Positions 42,617 through 52,742 of a stretch of DNA of 64,000 bases are shown in pieces. Below the pieces are notes generated by a model, which was not told where the DNA came from, made no database searches, and saw only the letters and a list, made by a program, of their open reading frames with translations. The stretch covers positions 1,376,001 to 1,440,000 of the forward strand of contig OY970359.1 in the NCBI GenBank assembly GCA_963718665.1. The letters run 5' to 3'. A program made the position numbers and the translations under genes. Source of the stretch: an uncultured Phycisphaerales bacterium. GTDB taxonomy: Bacteria > Planctomycetota > Phycisphaerae > Sedimentisphaerales > Anaerobacaceae. Each line of letters begins with the position of its first letter. The stretch's first letter is position 1.

Positions 42617-42730
42617 TCAACGAGGCCCGTCTTGTCTCTGGATTGACCGCAGCGAGCTTAGCATAAACACGTCGAGCGCAAAGACCACCACGACCAGGAC
42701 CGACAGTAAACTCGCCTTTGTACAGGTCAT
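42617..42730 (-). CDS. Putative 37-aa single-TM small protein
   Basis: ATG overlaps the DUF2339 stop (ATGA); MTCTKASLLSVLVVVVFALDVFMLSSLRSIQRQDGPR fills the gap exactly. Confidence 0.35.
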   Translation of the reverse strand: MTCTKASLLSVLVVVVFALDVFMLSSLRSIQRQDGPR

Positions 42731-45045
42731 TTGGAATTTCCCGATATTTCGTTTTGTTTTTGCGAGGCAGAAAGCGTGTCAAAAAAGCCGCGATTTTTCA
42801 GGTATTGATACAGGTACGATACCGCCACAAGAGTAATGCCCGTCGCTAAGAACGCCGCGATTCTGTAAACGCTCTTCACGGTGCTCATATCCATTATGAA
42901 CACTTTTACCAGCAAAATTGCGAATAAGCCAAGCGCGGCAAACCGAAGCGTCTTGATATGTCTCCAGAAACCGACAATCATTAGCGCTATCCCATAGACG
43001 GCCCAGGCGATGGACGTGTACATATTGGCGAGGAACTGCCAGTTTGGTGTCGCTGTGCCGTAGCGGTCCAGGCAATACCAATAGAAATAAATCTCTTCAC
43101 TTATCAGGACCCATAGGGCGAATATGCCTGCGAGCGCAAAAATTATCGCGAACGTTATCGCGTTTTCATCTTCCTCAGCCCGCTGCTTAATCAAAATTGC
43201 CGAGGCGAGCAGTACCGCGACCAGAACCATCGCTGCGGCAAATTCAACGTTGGCGAAAATCAGGAAACGTTTGTCGTAGATTTGATTAAATACAATCATC
43301 GTGAAAATCGCTGCCCCGACGGCGAATACCGCTGCCAGACCACGCAAGGGCGTTCCCTTCGGGCATACGGGCCGCAGGGTCAACAGAACTATAAACGCCG
43401 ACAAAATCAGTATGACACCTTTTATGAAAAGCGATTCCTGCAAAATCGGCGTGGCCGTAAAGTTGAACATACAGTGCCAGTACCACTCCATCATGACCGT
43501 GGCGAAAAACAGCAGGCAGGCCGCACCATAAAAAAACTGCGGGACCTCTGAATATTTTTCGAGTTGCGAGTATCTCCTGTAAATAATGTGACAAACGAAA
43601 ATCGCCGCAGCCAAGAAACACCAGCTCCCGAAAGCCGGATTAAATATCGCCTGGAACGCCGCCTTGTGCATAGGCAGTTGCAAAATGAGCTGAACCAGGC
43701 TCAGTAGTAAAGCGATTACGCCCGCCAGTTGCGTCCAGATACTTTTGTATCGCAGGCCGATGATTGTCAGGACCACGCCCTCGGCTGCCCAGGCGATTGC
43801 CACTGCGTACATCTTCAGATACAACGGCACCGCAATCGTCAGGAAGAATAATCCGATAACCAGCAGCGATAACCGTAGCGCGATATCATCTTTGCATCGC
43901 TTCGTCGCGACCGTCATCAGCGCCAGATGCGCCACACATAACCCGACCGCGCAAAAGGCAAGCTCAACGCGGAATTTATCGAAGAGTATATTACAAAGAT
44001 AATAGAACGTCGCCCCCGCGTTGGCCAGGACAAGAACCACGTCTTCCCTCTGGGCGTTTATTTTTTTAACTAATGCGTACAGGACCGGCATAATAAGATA
44101 AACCGCGAAAAATACCGCCAGCCAGCCCAGTGCGATACCTATCTGCGCTGGCGTGTCGGTTCCGTTCATAGTGTGCCGGTAAAATTTCTCGAACCAGCCG
44201 GTGTAAAGAAGATATGTCCCTGCGAATGACAGCACGATTATCGCACGCCACTTTCGGTAAAACGCGCACAGGATTGCGCCTACGCTCAGCACAAGCACGT
44301 AGCCGAAAAGCGCCATCGGCCTGTTTCCCCCGGTCGAGACAAGCACCGGCGTTAGGAATCCGCCGAGTAGCGAGAAGAACGCGATAATAACCTCATCGAG
44401 CGCGACCGCATAAAACATCGCCGTTGCGGTGATAAATATCGCAAGGGCAAAAGCCGGCCCCGACCCGATAAGCTCGTAAAACCGGTACGCGGAAAAAACA
44501 GCCGCATAAAGGATTGCAAAGCCAAGCGCGGTAACGCCTTTTGCGACAATCCCGTATCCGCGACGCCGGGTTCCCTCGCCGACAATCAGCGCAACAATTC
44601 CTGCTGCCGCCGTAATAACCACTCTGCCCAAAGGCCCAATCAGGTCATTGTCGTAGGCATACTTGAGGAAGAACCCCACGCCGACAATCGAGGTGATGAT
44701 ACCTGCTATGAGTATCCAGCGTGTTCCAATTTTCTGCTCAAGCGAGCCGGCCTGCTTGGTGGCCGCGGTGTCGGCAAAGCTGATTGGCTTGGCATCCATG
44801 GGGACACTCGCTGGCTTGAAGACCGGCTGCTCCTTAATAACTTCCGACGGCTTTTCGGGCTTCGGTGGTGATATCGGTATTTGAATTTCCGGCTTTTGCC
44901 AAGGCAAGGTATCTTTCCTGTTCAACAGGTCTCGTAACCCCTTTATTTTATTTAGAGCGACTATGCTGATTATCAAGGCGACAGGTCCGCTCACGGCGAT
45001 AACGATGGCTAACAGAATTGCCAAACGAGTTATTTGTTCGTCCAT
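42727..45045 (-). CDS. DUF2339 multi-pass membrane protein
   Basis: LEQKIGTRW, GVGFFLKYAYD, GGFLTPVL and C-terminal KVFIMD..RIAAF; SD AAGGAG. Confidence 0.88.
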   Translation of the reverse strand: MDEQITRLAILLAIVIAVSGPVALIISIVALNKIKGLRDLLNRKDTLPWQKPEIQIPISPPKPEKPSEVIKEQPVFKPASVPMDAKPISFADTAATKQAGSLEQKIGTRWILIAGIITSIVGVGFFLKYAYDNDLIGPLGRVVITAAAGIVALIVGEGTRRRGYGIVAKGVTALGFAILYAAVFSAYRFYELIGSGPAFALAIFITATAMFYAVALDEVIIAFFSLLGGFLTPVLVSTGGNRPMALFGYVLVLSVGAILCAFYRKWRAIIVLSFAGTYLLYTGWFEKFYRHTMNGTDTPAQIGIALGWLAVFFAVYLIMPVLYALVKKINAQREDVVLVLANAGATFYYLCNILFDKFRVELAFCAVGLCVAHLALMTVATKRCKDDIALRLSLLVIGLFFLTIAVPLYLKMYAVAIAWAAEGVVLTIIGLRYKSIWTQLAGVIALLLSLVQLILQLPMHKAAFQAIFNPAFGSWCFLAAAIFVCHIIYRRYSQLEKYSEVPQFFYGAACLLFFATVMMEWYWHCMFNFTATPILQESLFIKGVILILSAFIVLLTLRPVCPKGTPLRGLAAVFAVGAAIFTMIVFNQIYDKRFLIFANVEFAAAMVLVAVLLASAILIKQRAEEDENAITFAIIFALAGIFALWVLISEEIYFYWYCLDRYGTATPNWQFLANMYTSIAWAVYGIALMIVGFWRHIKTLRFAALGLFAILLVKVFIMDMSTVKSVYRIAAFLATGITLVAVSYLYQYLKNRGFFDTLSASQKQNEISGNSK

Positions 45046-45179
45046 ACTCTTCTCTCCTTAACAGATAAACGAGTTACCTTCCTTAATTCATCAATAGAAT
45101 ATAATAGTCATTGTGGTCTATCAATGTTTTTTACAACATACTAAATATCCACGTCAGTCGCGAGAGTCCGTTTTCTTTT

Positions 45180-46484
45180 TTATAGAACCACCCTATCAGG
45201 CCATGGGATTTGCTTTGAAGTTCCCCATAGTTTACTTACGTAATTTATTGAGAATAAATCTTCAAAAGCGTGTAACCAGTATGCTCCCCTATCCGTAAGG
45301 ACCGCCTGTTCTCCATTATTGTGTGCGAATCCGGAGAAAGATAACAGTTTCATATAGTTGCCATACACGTTATTAAACTCTTTTTGAAATCTGCTCACGA
45401 AATCGCTTTTATTGAATCTTGTTTCATAAAGCCGCCAATAAAGCCAGCCTGCCATTTGCATTGTTTCGGTCAGCTCGAGAGAAAGAGAGATTGGCATCCT
45501 TCCTTTTTCGAGGGCGTTACAGTACTCAGCAACGTTGAAGGTATTGAGATAAAAAACATCTTTCAAATAAGAGCCGCCGCTCGCGCCAAGCCCGACATAA
45601 AGAGGCACTGTTACAGAACAATATCGGGGGACTCCTTTTTTAGTGAACGCCCATACGGAGGTTCGTTCATATCCGTTGGCATAAAATATATCTTCAAGAA
45701 TGCCAAGCATTTTTCTTCTCCGGAAGAGATGAGAGGCGGTAAAGTTGTTAACTCTGCCGTCTCCGCCCATTTTGGTGTATGGGAACCTGAAAAGAGGATA
45801 AGCCGCAACCTGGTCAACGCCCATTTTAACCAGAGTTTCTCCCGCCTCCCTAATCTCGCTCAATGTCTGGCCCGGCAACGCGAACATTAAATCAACATTG
45901 ACGCATTCAAAGCCCATATTCACGGCGCGTTCAACTGCTGCTTTTGCCTGTTCTACGGTATATGGTCTTTTAAGTGTCTTTAAATGCTTTTCCTGCAGGG
46001 CCTCAACGCCTGTGCTAAGGTGTCTAACGCCCATAGCGGTAATCTCATTGAGATTTTCCGTTGTCAAATGATTCGGATGGCTTTCCATATGAATATCACA
46101 TTGCATGTTGAAAATTGAAAAGATGTGCTCGAGCACATCTGCAAGGCCGGTATAAAGCATTGTTGTGGGAGTGCCCCCGCCAATATAAAAAGAAGTAATA
46201 GGTCTATCGCCAATCACTGCGGAATAGAGGTCCATTTCTCTTTTGACGGCGGTTGCGTATCTTTCTGCTGCCTCGGGGGTGTAAATTTCTTTGTTATAAG
46301 GACAGTATGGACATATCTGCTCGCAAAAGGGAATATGGAGATAAAACCCCAATTCTTCGATATCCTGGAACTTTAACGCCAGTTCTTCGACAGAAGGAAT
46401 CCTGTCTTCAAGAACGAAAGTTTTTTCTTTCGTCAGCAATTTTTTAAGACCTGTCCGAACAAAATCTTCCAGCATCTTAAACAT
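45180..46484 (-). CDS. HemN-like radical SAM protein
   Basis: YLHIPFCEQICPYCPY, YIGGGTPT and NVDLMFALPGQT motifs; ATG 46484 after GGAG. Confidence 0.85.
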   Translation of the reverse strand: MFKMLEDFVRTGLKKLLTKEKTFVLEDRIPSVEELALKFQDIEELGFYLHIPFCEQICPYCPYNKEIYTPEAAERYATAVKREMDLYSAVIGDRPITSFYIGGGTPTTMLYTGLADVLEHIFSIFNMQCDIHMESHPNHLTTENLNEITAMGVRHLSTGVEALQEKHLKTLKRPYTVEQAKAAVERAVNMGFECVNVDLMFALPGQTLSEIREAGETLVKMGVDQVAAYPLFRFPYTKMGGDGRVNNFTASHLFRRRKMLGILEDIFYANGYERTSVWAFTKKGVPRYCSVTVPLYVGLGASGGSYLKDVFYLNTFNVAEYCNALEKGRMPISLSLELTETMQMAGWLYWRLYETRFNKSDFVSRFQKEFNNVYGNYMKLLSFSGFAHNNGEQAVLTDRGAYWLHAFEDLFSINYVSKLWGTSKQIPWPDRVVL

Positions 46485-46592
46485 TTTTGATAAGCGTTCT
46501 CCTTTCCGACAATATAAAATTGTCTGTCTCAACGGCCCTTTATGCACAATAGCCGAGTCCTGTCCCTGCGCAAACAGGCCGAATCGGCGGCT

Positions 46593-46898
46593 TTACAGTA
46601 GCCCAGCCGGTTCTTCCACGCCCGCTTTCAACGCTTGGCGTATATCGATGACAGGATGCAGCTTGAATTCGACTGTATCACCGAAGACGGCCTGAATCGA
46701 CAACAAGCTGGCAAGTTGGTTGTGGTTATCGATTTCAAGCAGCAAACATCCCACCATCGCAGATGGGTCGACAAATTCGTGGACGACTTTGACCAATTTG
46801 CGGAATGCTTCAGAGTACTTATTCTGCCATTCCTGTCGCATGCGAAGGGCCTCTGCGCCTTTGCCCGGATACGCTCTGTAATACAACATAAACAACAT
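46593..46898 (-). CDS. Small hypothetical protein (DUF3303-like)
   Basis: SD AAGGAG; MLFMLYY start and late HPVID pattern. Confidence 0.6.
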   Translation of the reverse strand: MLFMLYYRAYPGKGAEALRMRQEWQNKYSEAFRKLVKVVHEFVDPSAMVGCLLLEIDNHNQLASLLSIQAVFGDTVEFKLHPVIDIRQALKAGVEEPAGLL

Positions 46899-46940
46899 TG
46901 TTAAACTCCTTTCTTATTCTGTTCTACAAATCAGTATCTT

Positions 46941-48032
46941 TCACTGTATAGGCCTGAAAAGATATCTATGGCTGTGTGGAATTTCATCGATAGCAATAAA
47001 AAGGTCAGGATTTGGAGTGCCGGTCGCCATTGAGAAATAAGGGTCCAGCTCCCTGGCTTTTTTCAGGATTTCATCCGCCTGCTCTTTGTGCCCCGAATGG
47101 GACTTGTACTTATATTGCACGCCGAGTGCGTACGCCCGCATCGGCAGGACAGGATTAGAGTCCAGATACCTCGTCACAGCGGCATCACCTGCTGTTATTG
47201 CCTTTTGACGCAATTCGGAATTATCTCCTGCTCCCATCGCGGCCCATGTGTGATATATGCTGAGGTCCATAAACAGGAAGGATTTTTCGGGGGCGATTTT
47301 TATCGCTTTCTCAAAACACAAAACAGCGTCATTAACATCGTCCATCCCTAAATATGCCTTTCCCATCTCTTCGAGCACGTCGGTATTCCCTTCGTGATTC
47401 TTCAGGACTTTTCGCCAGTAATCGACCCTGTTGGTCTCTTCTGGCAGGAGTATCCACCTGGCTTTGGCGCCAAATACCTCGTCCATTCCTTCCAGTTTTT
47501 TTGCATATTGCTCCGCCTTTGATTTGTCGCCGCCCTTGTCTGCGGGAAGTGTTCCATAAATCTCAACAAGGTAGAGCATCGCCTGACGATAATCCGGTTT
47601 GAGTTTCAGTGCTGTCTCGAAAGCTCCGCATAACCGCGCGGCATTTTCTTTTGTTGGGGACATATAATACTGAAACAAAGCGATGTGTCCCTCAAAGAAA
47701 GGGTATATCACGTTATTCGGGTCACTTTCTATTGCCTTTTCAATTGATTGCCGGGCCTCTGTGATTCTATCCTCTCCTTGTTGCGGGTGCAGCACCATAT
47801 AAAACCTGGTTCTCGCAAGCTCATAATGTGCAGCCGCATTATGCGGATTTTCCTGGATGGCTTGCTCAAGAATCGCTTTTGCATCCTCAACCTTCCCCTG
47901 CATTCTTAACTTGTATGCATCCGCAGCAACATTTCTGGAGTTTGTTTCTCCTTTCGCGGTCCCGGCCAGGACACACAAACCAAGCATTACAACAACACAC
48001 AATCCAGCTAATACAGTTTTTTTCGCAACCAT
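46941..48032 (-). CDS. Secreted TPR-repeat protein
   Basis: SD AAGGAG before ATG 48032; signal peptide; several TPR units. Confidence 0.8.
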   Translation of the reverse strand: MVAKKTVLAGLCVVVMLGLCVLAGTAKGETNSRNVAADAYKLRMQGKVEDAKAILEQAIQENPHNAAAHYELARTRFYMVLHPQQGEDRITEARQSIEKAIESDPNNVIYPFFEGHIALFQYYMSPTKENAARLCGAFETALKLKPDYRQAMLYLVEIYGTLPADKGGDKSKAEQYAKKLEGMDEVFGAKARWILLPEETNRVDYWRKVLKNHEGNTDVLEEMGKAYLGMDDVNDAVLCFEKAIKIAPEKSFLFMDLSIYHTWAAMGAGDNSELRQKAITAGDAAVTRYLDSNPVLPMRAYALGVQYKYKSHSGHKEQADEILKKARELDPYFSMATGTPNPDLFIAIDEIPHSHRYLFRPIQ

Positions 48033-48125
48033 TTTTGTTCTCCTTTCCAAGTTACTTACTACAAGTATGGTCCATGTATTTATTAACTGTTAGCACAAAA
48101 CAATTGGGCTAACAGTCGATTATTT

Positions 48126-48776
48126 CTAAGTTGCAGTATCGAGCATTTGCTGTGTCGGTTGCCGCAACAGCCAAATCAATGTGACTCCCGTTACTATCCC
48201 GAGGAGTCCCGAAGACGCTATTTCACCCACCACCTGTAGACGCACCCCCAGGATTTTACTTACAATTCCAAATCCAATCACGACTAAGCCCCAGCCGGCC
48301 GCACTTGCAGGCATCCACCATCCTGACCGACGTACCTGGTGCCGTAATATACGCTGTTGAAGCAGACCCGTTAGTGTTCCGCCCAAAATGAAAAATAATG
48401 TCCACACCTGAGCGCCGAGCGGACCCAGGTCATCGGGGTATCCGTAGACATGACACACGACTCCGTGGATGCTTGAGGAAATAGTGAATCCTATTATACT
48501 TGCCAGCACCCAAAAACCAGCCCGCTGGACGACACGCCGTAGTGCAAGCCACTGCATTAAGCTCACCACGGCGACTACGACGATAAATGCCGCGGCATTA
48601 TCCAGCCCTAATTTGAGTAAGATGGAGCCCTCGTGGACGCCGATAATCCATCCTGCAACTGCCACTAAGACAAAGCCCAGGGGAAAGCCAATGGTCCATC
48701 CTGCAACTGTCAGCAAAACCCACCGTATTCCAAAACGCCATCCAATCTGTCCGCCATCTGTTTTTATCACAGCCAT
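48126..48776 (-). CDS. 6-TM Gly/Trp-rich membrane protein with internal repeats
   Basis: Repeated QW.ALRR...WVLAS..G and QQ.ILR...WMPAS..GW units. Confidence 0.7.
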   Translation of the reverse strand: MAVIKTDGGQIGWRFGIRWVLLTVAGWTIGFPLGFVLVAVAGWIIGVHEGSILLKLGLDNAAAFIVVVAVVSLMQWLALRRVVQRAGFWVLASIIGFTISSSIHGVVCHVYGYPDDLGPLGAQVWTLFFILGGTLTGLLQQRILRHQVRRSGWWMPASAAGWGLVVIGFGIVSKILGVRLQVVGEIASSGLLGIVTGVTLIWLLRQPTQQMLDTAT

Positions 48777-48812
48777 TTTTGTTCTCTTTTCCAAGTTAAT
48801 TGTCATATACAC

Positions 48813-48828
48813 AGTTAATATATTAACT
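48813..48828. promoter_or_regulatory. Perfect 16-bp palindrome, candidate MarR operator
   Basis: AGTTAATATATTAACT; near-identical copy at 49371-49386. Confidence 0.7.
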
Positions 48829-48872
48829 ATTGTCCCGAAACAATCGGGCAACAGCCCTTTACGCTTGAAATT

Positions 48873-49345
48873 TTAAACCCCGATAGTTTTCCGCACCTTT
48901 TCCAGTATTGTCGTCAGCTTTCGTGTGTCTGCGGCATCCAGCGGAGACATCGCTTTTTTTACCTGTTCGAGGTAATGCGGCTCAACCTTTGTGTAGAGGT
49001 TTTTTCCCTTGCTGGTCAGCTTAATGATATTGTATCTGCGGTCTTTTGCGTGAGCGGTGCGGGTTACGAGTTCCGCCTTTTCCATCCGGTCCACAAGCGA
49101 AGTGATATTGGCGCGGTTGACTAACATCATATCGCTGATTTGCGCCTGGCTCAAACCGCCTTCCTTGCCACTCTCATAATAAAGCAGGTTCAGCAGGTTA
49201 AATTGCACATCCGTCAGCCCGAATTGGCCGAAGAAGTCGTCCGCCCGCTTTTTCATTATCGAAGCGGTGTAGTATATGCTCAAAAGCGCTCATGTGCCGG
49301 CGAGGCGAAATCCGTTTTTAATCCGAGTTCTTCTTTCAAAGCCAT
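48873..49345 (-). CDS. MarR-family regulator, frameshift near 49288
   Basis: LTDVQFNLL, LSQAQIS, NRANITSLVDRME, DRR and LTSKG motifs. ATG 49345 gives MALKEELGLKTDFASPAHE; one added G continues ALLSIYY, about 157 aa. Confidence 0.88.
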
Positions 49346-49370
49346 ATCAATTTCCTTATCGGTATATAAT

Positions 49371-49411
49371 AGTTTATATATTAACTATACACACACAAAC
49401 TAATCTGTCAA
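49371..49411 (-). promoter_or_regulatory. marR promoter overlapped by the operator palindrome
   Basis: Minus-strand TTGACA (49411-49406), TATAGT 16 bp downstream; AGTTTATATATTAACT at 49371-49386. Confidence 0.65.
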
Positions 49412-49809
49412 GCGCTTTTTTAAGAAATTTTAAAAAAATTTTTCGACTGGGATCCCCGTGCCATAAAAAAAACTCATCCGATGCTAAGTTTATGGGAAAC
49501 CTGACCTTAAAGCAGCTTATTTTGCTGAAATTGGTCGTTTAGCGATATAATTCCTATGTTGGGAGCGTCTTGGTGTGCTTTTGAAGTCATACAGGAAGGC
49601 GGCCTGATGGGTGGGATGAATATTTTTACAGTACGAGGTCGGGCTTCGATTCCCCGACCCTGACAATAAAAGGTGTTCGGACCCTTACAGGAAATTGAGG
49701 ATTTAGAAGGGCGGTTAGCGGCGATAGAGCAAAAGCTTGGTGAGCAGAATAAGAAAAGTGCATCTTGTTAAATTGTTCCTTTGTTGTTGAAGACATGTAT
49801 TCGCGGCAG

Positions 49810-50481
49810 CTAAAGTAGGCCCTGTTCCTTATAACGCCGTTTCACGTCAGGAAAATGCTTTGCAATTGCGTGTTCTGCTAGATTACGGATTGGTCCTCCG
49901 TATATCATCCCATGTTCCAAATGGTTGCACAAGTACTCAAGTTGAAAATACCGACATACGGCATGTCCGACGTCAGTATATGCGTTGGCGCATATCTCTC
50001 TCACAAATATTCCCCGACAGGACAAGTCATCAATAAGCTGAAAGATACTTTTGAATAATAGCTGGACGCTTCGCAGTTTCCTGAACGAAGGATGCATACA
50101 TATCTGTGAAAAGTAAATATCATAAAAGCCGGGAGGACCAAAAAATTGAACTTTGTCAATAGTAATCTGGCTGTCGAGTAATCTGCCGCGTTTGGCAACA
50201 GCATAATCTTCAGGAAGCAACGGAGCAAAATGCCAGTAACCCACAATGCTCCGCGGTTTGTTAACTAACAAACGCCAAGTGTCAGGTTGGTTCATGAAAA
50301 CTGGCGCCCATTGAGCTATATCACCTTCGTGTTTAAGAACCAAACCCGGAATCGTCATGTAGTCGAGTCGGATAAGTTCGTCCACCAGCATTCGGCCATT
50401 CCATCCCCACGATAGGACATCCTGAACCCCGGCAACGGTAATACCAAGTGCACCCATAGTTTTATTAATATTTCCCTTCAA
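49810..50481 (-). CDS. Hypothetical protein, possible GNAT fold
   Basis: IVGY...IYFSQICMHPSFR...NAYTDVG..YF pattern resembles GNAT motifs A/B. Confidence 0.5.
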   Translation of the reverse strand: MKGNINKTMGALGITVAGVQDVLSWGWNGRMLVDELIRLDYMTIPGLVLKHEGDIAQWAPVFMNQPDTWRLLVNKPRSIVGYWHFAPLLPEDYAVAKRGRLLDSQITIDKVQFFGPPGFYDIYFSQICMHPSFRKLRSVQLLFKSIFQLIDDLSCRGIFVREICANAYTDVGHAVCRYFQLEYLCNHLEHGMIYGGPIRNLAEHAIAKHFPDVKRRYKEQGLL

Positions 50482-50761
50482 TTCAACAAGCCCTATAATA
50501 CGAATTTTATAGTGCTTTGTTTATAGTTTTTTGCATAGTTTTTTCATCCATGGTTATATTTTAGACGGCAGAGTTTGTTGTGGCAGAGCCAATTAACGAT
50601 AGATACTTTAATATATAATGATACAATAAACGGGGGAAGGTCACAAGACCTATAAAAAAATATCAGATTCTTCCAATTCAAAGAAAGTTTTGCTGTTACA
50701 ATGGAGTTGAAAGTCGAAAAAGCATTAAGTCGGAAATATCGGATCAAATAGGAAATGTCTG

Positions 50762-51232
50762 ATGGAGCATCTCCCACAAGCCGGTAAGAACATCGCGAAG
50801 TTTCCACGTATGGTTTGGTTGATTCTAACCATTACCATCGTGGTGGAGACGGTGGCGCAAATGGTGTGGAAATCTGTTGTCCTTGGCGTGCCGGAGTCAG
50901 CCGGTTTCATGGAAACGGTGCGGACAGTGACGGTTCAACCGATATTCTACTTCCTGTTGAGCATTTTTGGAGTCCAATTCATTTTCTGGATTCTTCTGCT
51001 TGCCAAGGCGGACCTCAGCTACGCCCGACCGATCACCGCCTTGAGTTTGGTCTCGGTGGTTGCCTGCTCAGTTATGTTCTTCGGTGAGAAGGTTGGCGTG
51101 ATGCGGATGGTAGGCATTGTCATGATCCTGGTTGGGGTCTGGTTCATCAGCAGCACCGATCATAACACGAGGGCTCCTCATATGCCCTCGCCTCGCGCAA
51201 TGCCAGGCCAACCATCGGAAACCATGCTATGA
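50762..51232 (+). CDS. SMR/EamA-family small transporter (ArnE/ArnF-like), subunit 1
   Basis: Four TM helices; DLSYARPITAL and FGEKV..R..GI motifs. Confidence 0.8.
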   Translation: MEHLPQAGKNIAKFPRMVWLILTITIVVETVAQMVWKSVVLGVPESAGFMETVRTVTVQPIFYFLLSIFGVQFIFWILLLAKADLSYARPITALSLVSVVACSVMFFGEKVGVMRMVGIVMILVGVWFISSTDHNTRAPHMPSPRAMPGQPSETML

Positions 51233-51597
51233 TAGAACGCCTGCCTGGACTGCTGTTGGTTCTGGGATCGGTCATCACCGAGGGGCTGGGCCATGTTGCA
51301 TTCAAGCAATCGGTGGATTTTGGCCGTTACAACCACACGACCTTTGCGGTACTGCGACTGGCCCTGAAACGATACAAATTGGTCAGTTTGGGCGTGGCGT
51401 GTTTCGTGGTGGCGGGGTTTTGCTGGACATTCGCGTTGAGAACATTGGATGTCAGCATGGCCTACCTCATCAGTAGTTTGGAACTAGTAATTATAATGGT
51501 ATTCTGCCGGCTGCTGTTGAAGGAGCAGATTGGGCTGCGGCGATGGGTGGGCGTTGTGCTGATTGTCGGCGGCACAATACTGGTCGGATTAAGCTAA
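51229..51597 (+). CDS. SMR/EamA-family small transporter (ArnE/ArnF-like), subunit 2
   Basis: ATGA overlap; ALRTLDVSMAY and LLKEQI..RRW.GV motifs. Confidence 0.8.
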   Translation: MIERLPGLLLVLGSVITEGLGHVAFKQSVDFGRYNHTTFAVLRLALKRYKLVSLGVACFVVAGFCWTFALRTLDVSMAYLISSLELVIIMVFCRLLLKEQIGLRRWVGVVLIVGGTILVGLS

Positions 51598-51683
51598 TCC
51601 ATGATAGAGATTGACCCTTGTCCGTCGAATAAACAGATTTTTGAAATAGTGTGCGTAACCGACAAATGCGTGTGTGTAAAATG

Positions 51684-51710
51684 AAAACGGGGCGCAGTGC
51701 ACCCCGTTTT
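51684..51710. terminator. Bidirectional terminator-like hairpin between convergent genes
   Basis: AAAACGGGGCGC-AGT-GCACCCCGTTTT. Confidence 0.65.
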
Positions 51711-51762
51711 GATGTGCTCACCATCGAGCAATGCTCGATTACCAGTTTAAGTGTCGTAATTC

Positions 51763-51981
51763 TTAGCTTCTTATCTTCAGGCAGTCGGCTCTGAAGCAGC
51801 AATCCGTCCACTGGCATGTTCCGTTTGTTGTGCCATAGCAGGCGGTGTTGCCTTCCGCGCTCTGAATGGCGCGAATAAGTTCCGTTTTCTTCATAACGCC
51901 GGGCGTAATGCCAAGATTCTTGGCCTTATCCTTTATCTCACCCATTGTCATTACTCTTTCAGCTACTTTTACCGGAGTCAT
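51763..51981 (-). CDS. Small SAP/Rho-N-like domain protein with Cys-rich tail
   Basis: AKNLGI...MKKTELIRAIQSAEGN..CY....C....CCFRADC. Confidence 0.75.
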   Translation of the reverse strand: MTPVKVAERVMTMGEIKDKAKNLGITPGVMKKTELIRAIQSAEGNTACYGTTNGTCQWTDCCFRADCLKIRS

Positions 51982-52349
51982 GTGTTTCTCCTATTAACTG
52001 TGTGGTTGTTTGAATTTAATTTATACTTACGGGGTCCCTGTCCGGTCCCATTTTGCGTAAGTCACGTTCACATACACTATTATTTCGGCAGTTTTGTCCG
52101 CTTGCATCACCGACTTTGCGACAAATAACAAATTGGCTGAAAAACCGCCAAAACGTGCCGGTACACTGGGAATTTTTCGGACGTTAGGCGAGATTAGGAC
52201 GACCGCCGCATTCTGCCCTCGACTTAGCCGGAAAAAGCTACGCTTATTTGGTCCGGGAAAAACGCCCCTCCCAGTAAAACGCCTGTGTGCGCAATCCACA
52301 AACATTTGACCCCGCGGCAAATCTGTGATATGCTCATTTTGTTAAATAT

Positions 52350-52455
52350 ATAGCCAGGGGAGCCGGGGCGAAATTTGGCCTGTGGCTGAGAAATCCCGAA
52401 TTGTCGGGGTGACCCTATGAACCTGCTCAGGTTAAGACCTGCGAAGGGAGGCGAA
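52350..52455 (+). promoter_or_regulatory. TPP riboswitch
   Basis: AGGGG..GGCTGAGA..ACCC..GAACCTG..CAGGTTAAGACCTGCGAAGGGA matches the THI element; lies upstream of thiS/thiG. Confidence 0.93.
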
Positions 52456-52469
52456 TCAATATGATTTTG

Positions 52470-52502
52470 AAACGCTCCTTTTGCGGGAGCGTTTTTTTGT
52501 TT
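52470..52502 (+). terminator. Riboswitch expression-platform terminator
   Basis: AAACGCTCC-TTTTGCG-GGAGCGTTT followed by a T-run. Confidence 0.85.
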
Positions 52503-52527
52503 GTGGCCTCGGTTCCGAGGATTATGT

Positions 52528-52740
52528 ATGGGTTTATTAAAAATAAACGGCAAAGAGCAAATATTTCCTGACAACAAAATGCCCGCAACGATAGCGGATT
52601 TGCTTTCGATTCTTGGCGTCGATTCCACAACCGTCGTCGCCGAGCTTGAAGGCCAAATCATCGAACGCAAAAACTTCTCGACTACGCCGTTGCACGCAGG
52701 GCAAACAATCGAACTCGTCAGATTCGTCCCGGGGGGTTAA
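52528..52740 (+). CDS. thiS: Sulfur carrier ThiS
   Basis: INGK start; C-terminal [10 protein letters not shown]. Confidence 0.92.
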   Translation: MGLLKINGKEQIFPDNKMPATIADLLSILGVDSTTVVAELEGQIIERKNFSTTPLHAGQTIELVRFVPGG

Positions 52741-52742
52741 AT

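Noticed and set aside
48029..48854. Duplicated intergenic hairpins as integron attC sites
   Set aside because: No convincing RYYYAAC...GTTRRRY box arrangement and no integron integrase; the repeats include an RBS and operator, fitting duplicated leaders.
49636..49661. GGTCGGGCTTCGATTCCCCGACC resembles a tRNA T-arm or att site
   Set aside because: No acceptor, D or anticodon arms could be folded and no integrase is nearby; treated as a simple hairpin.
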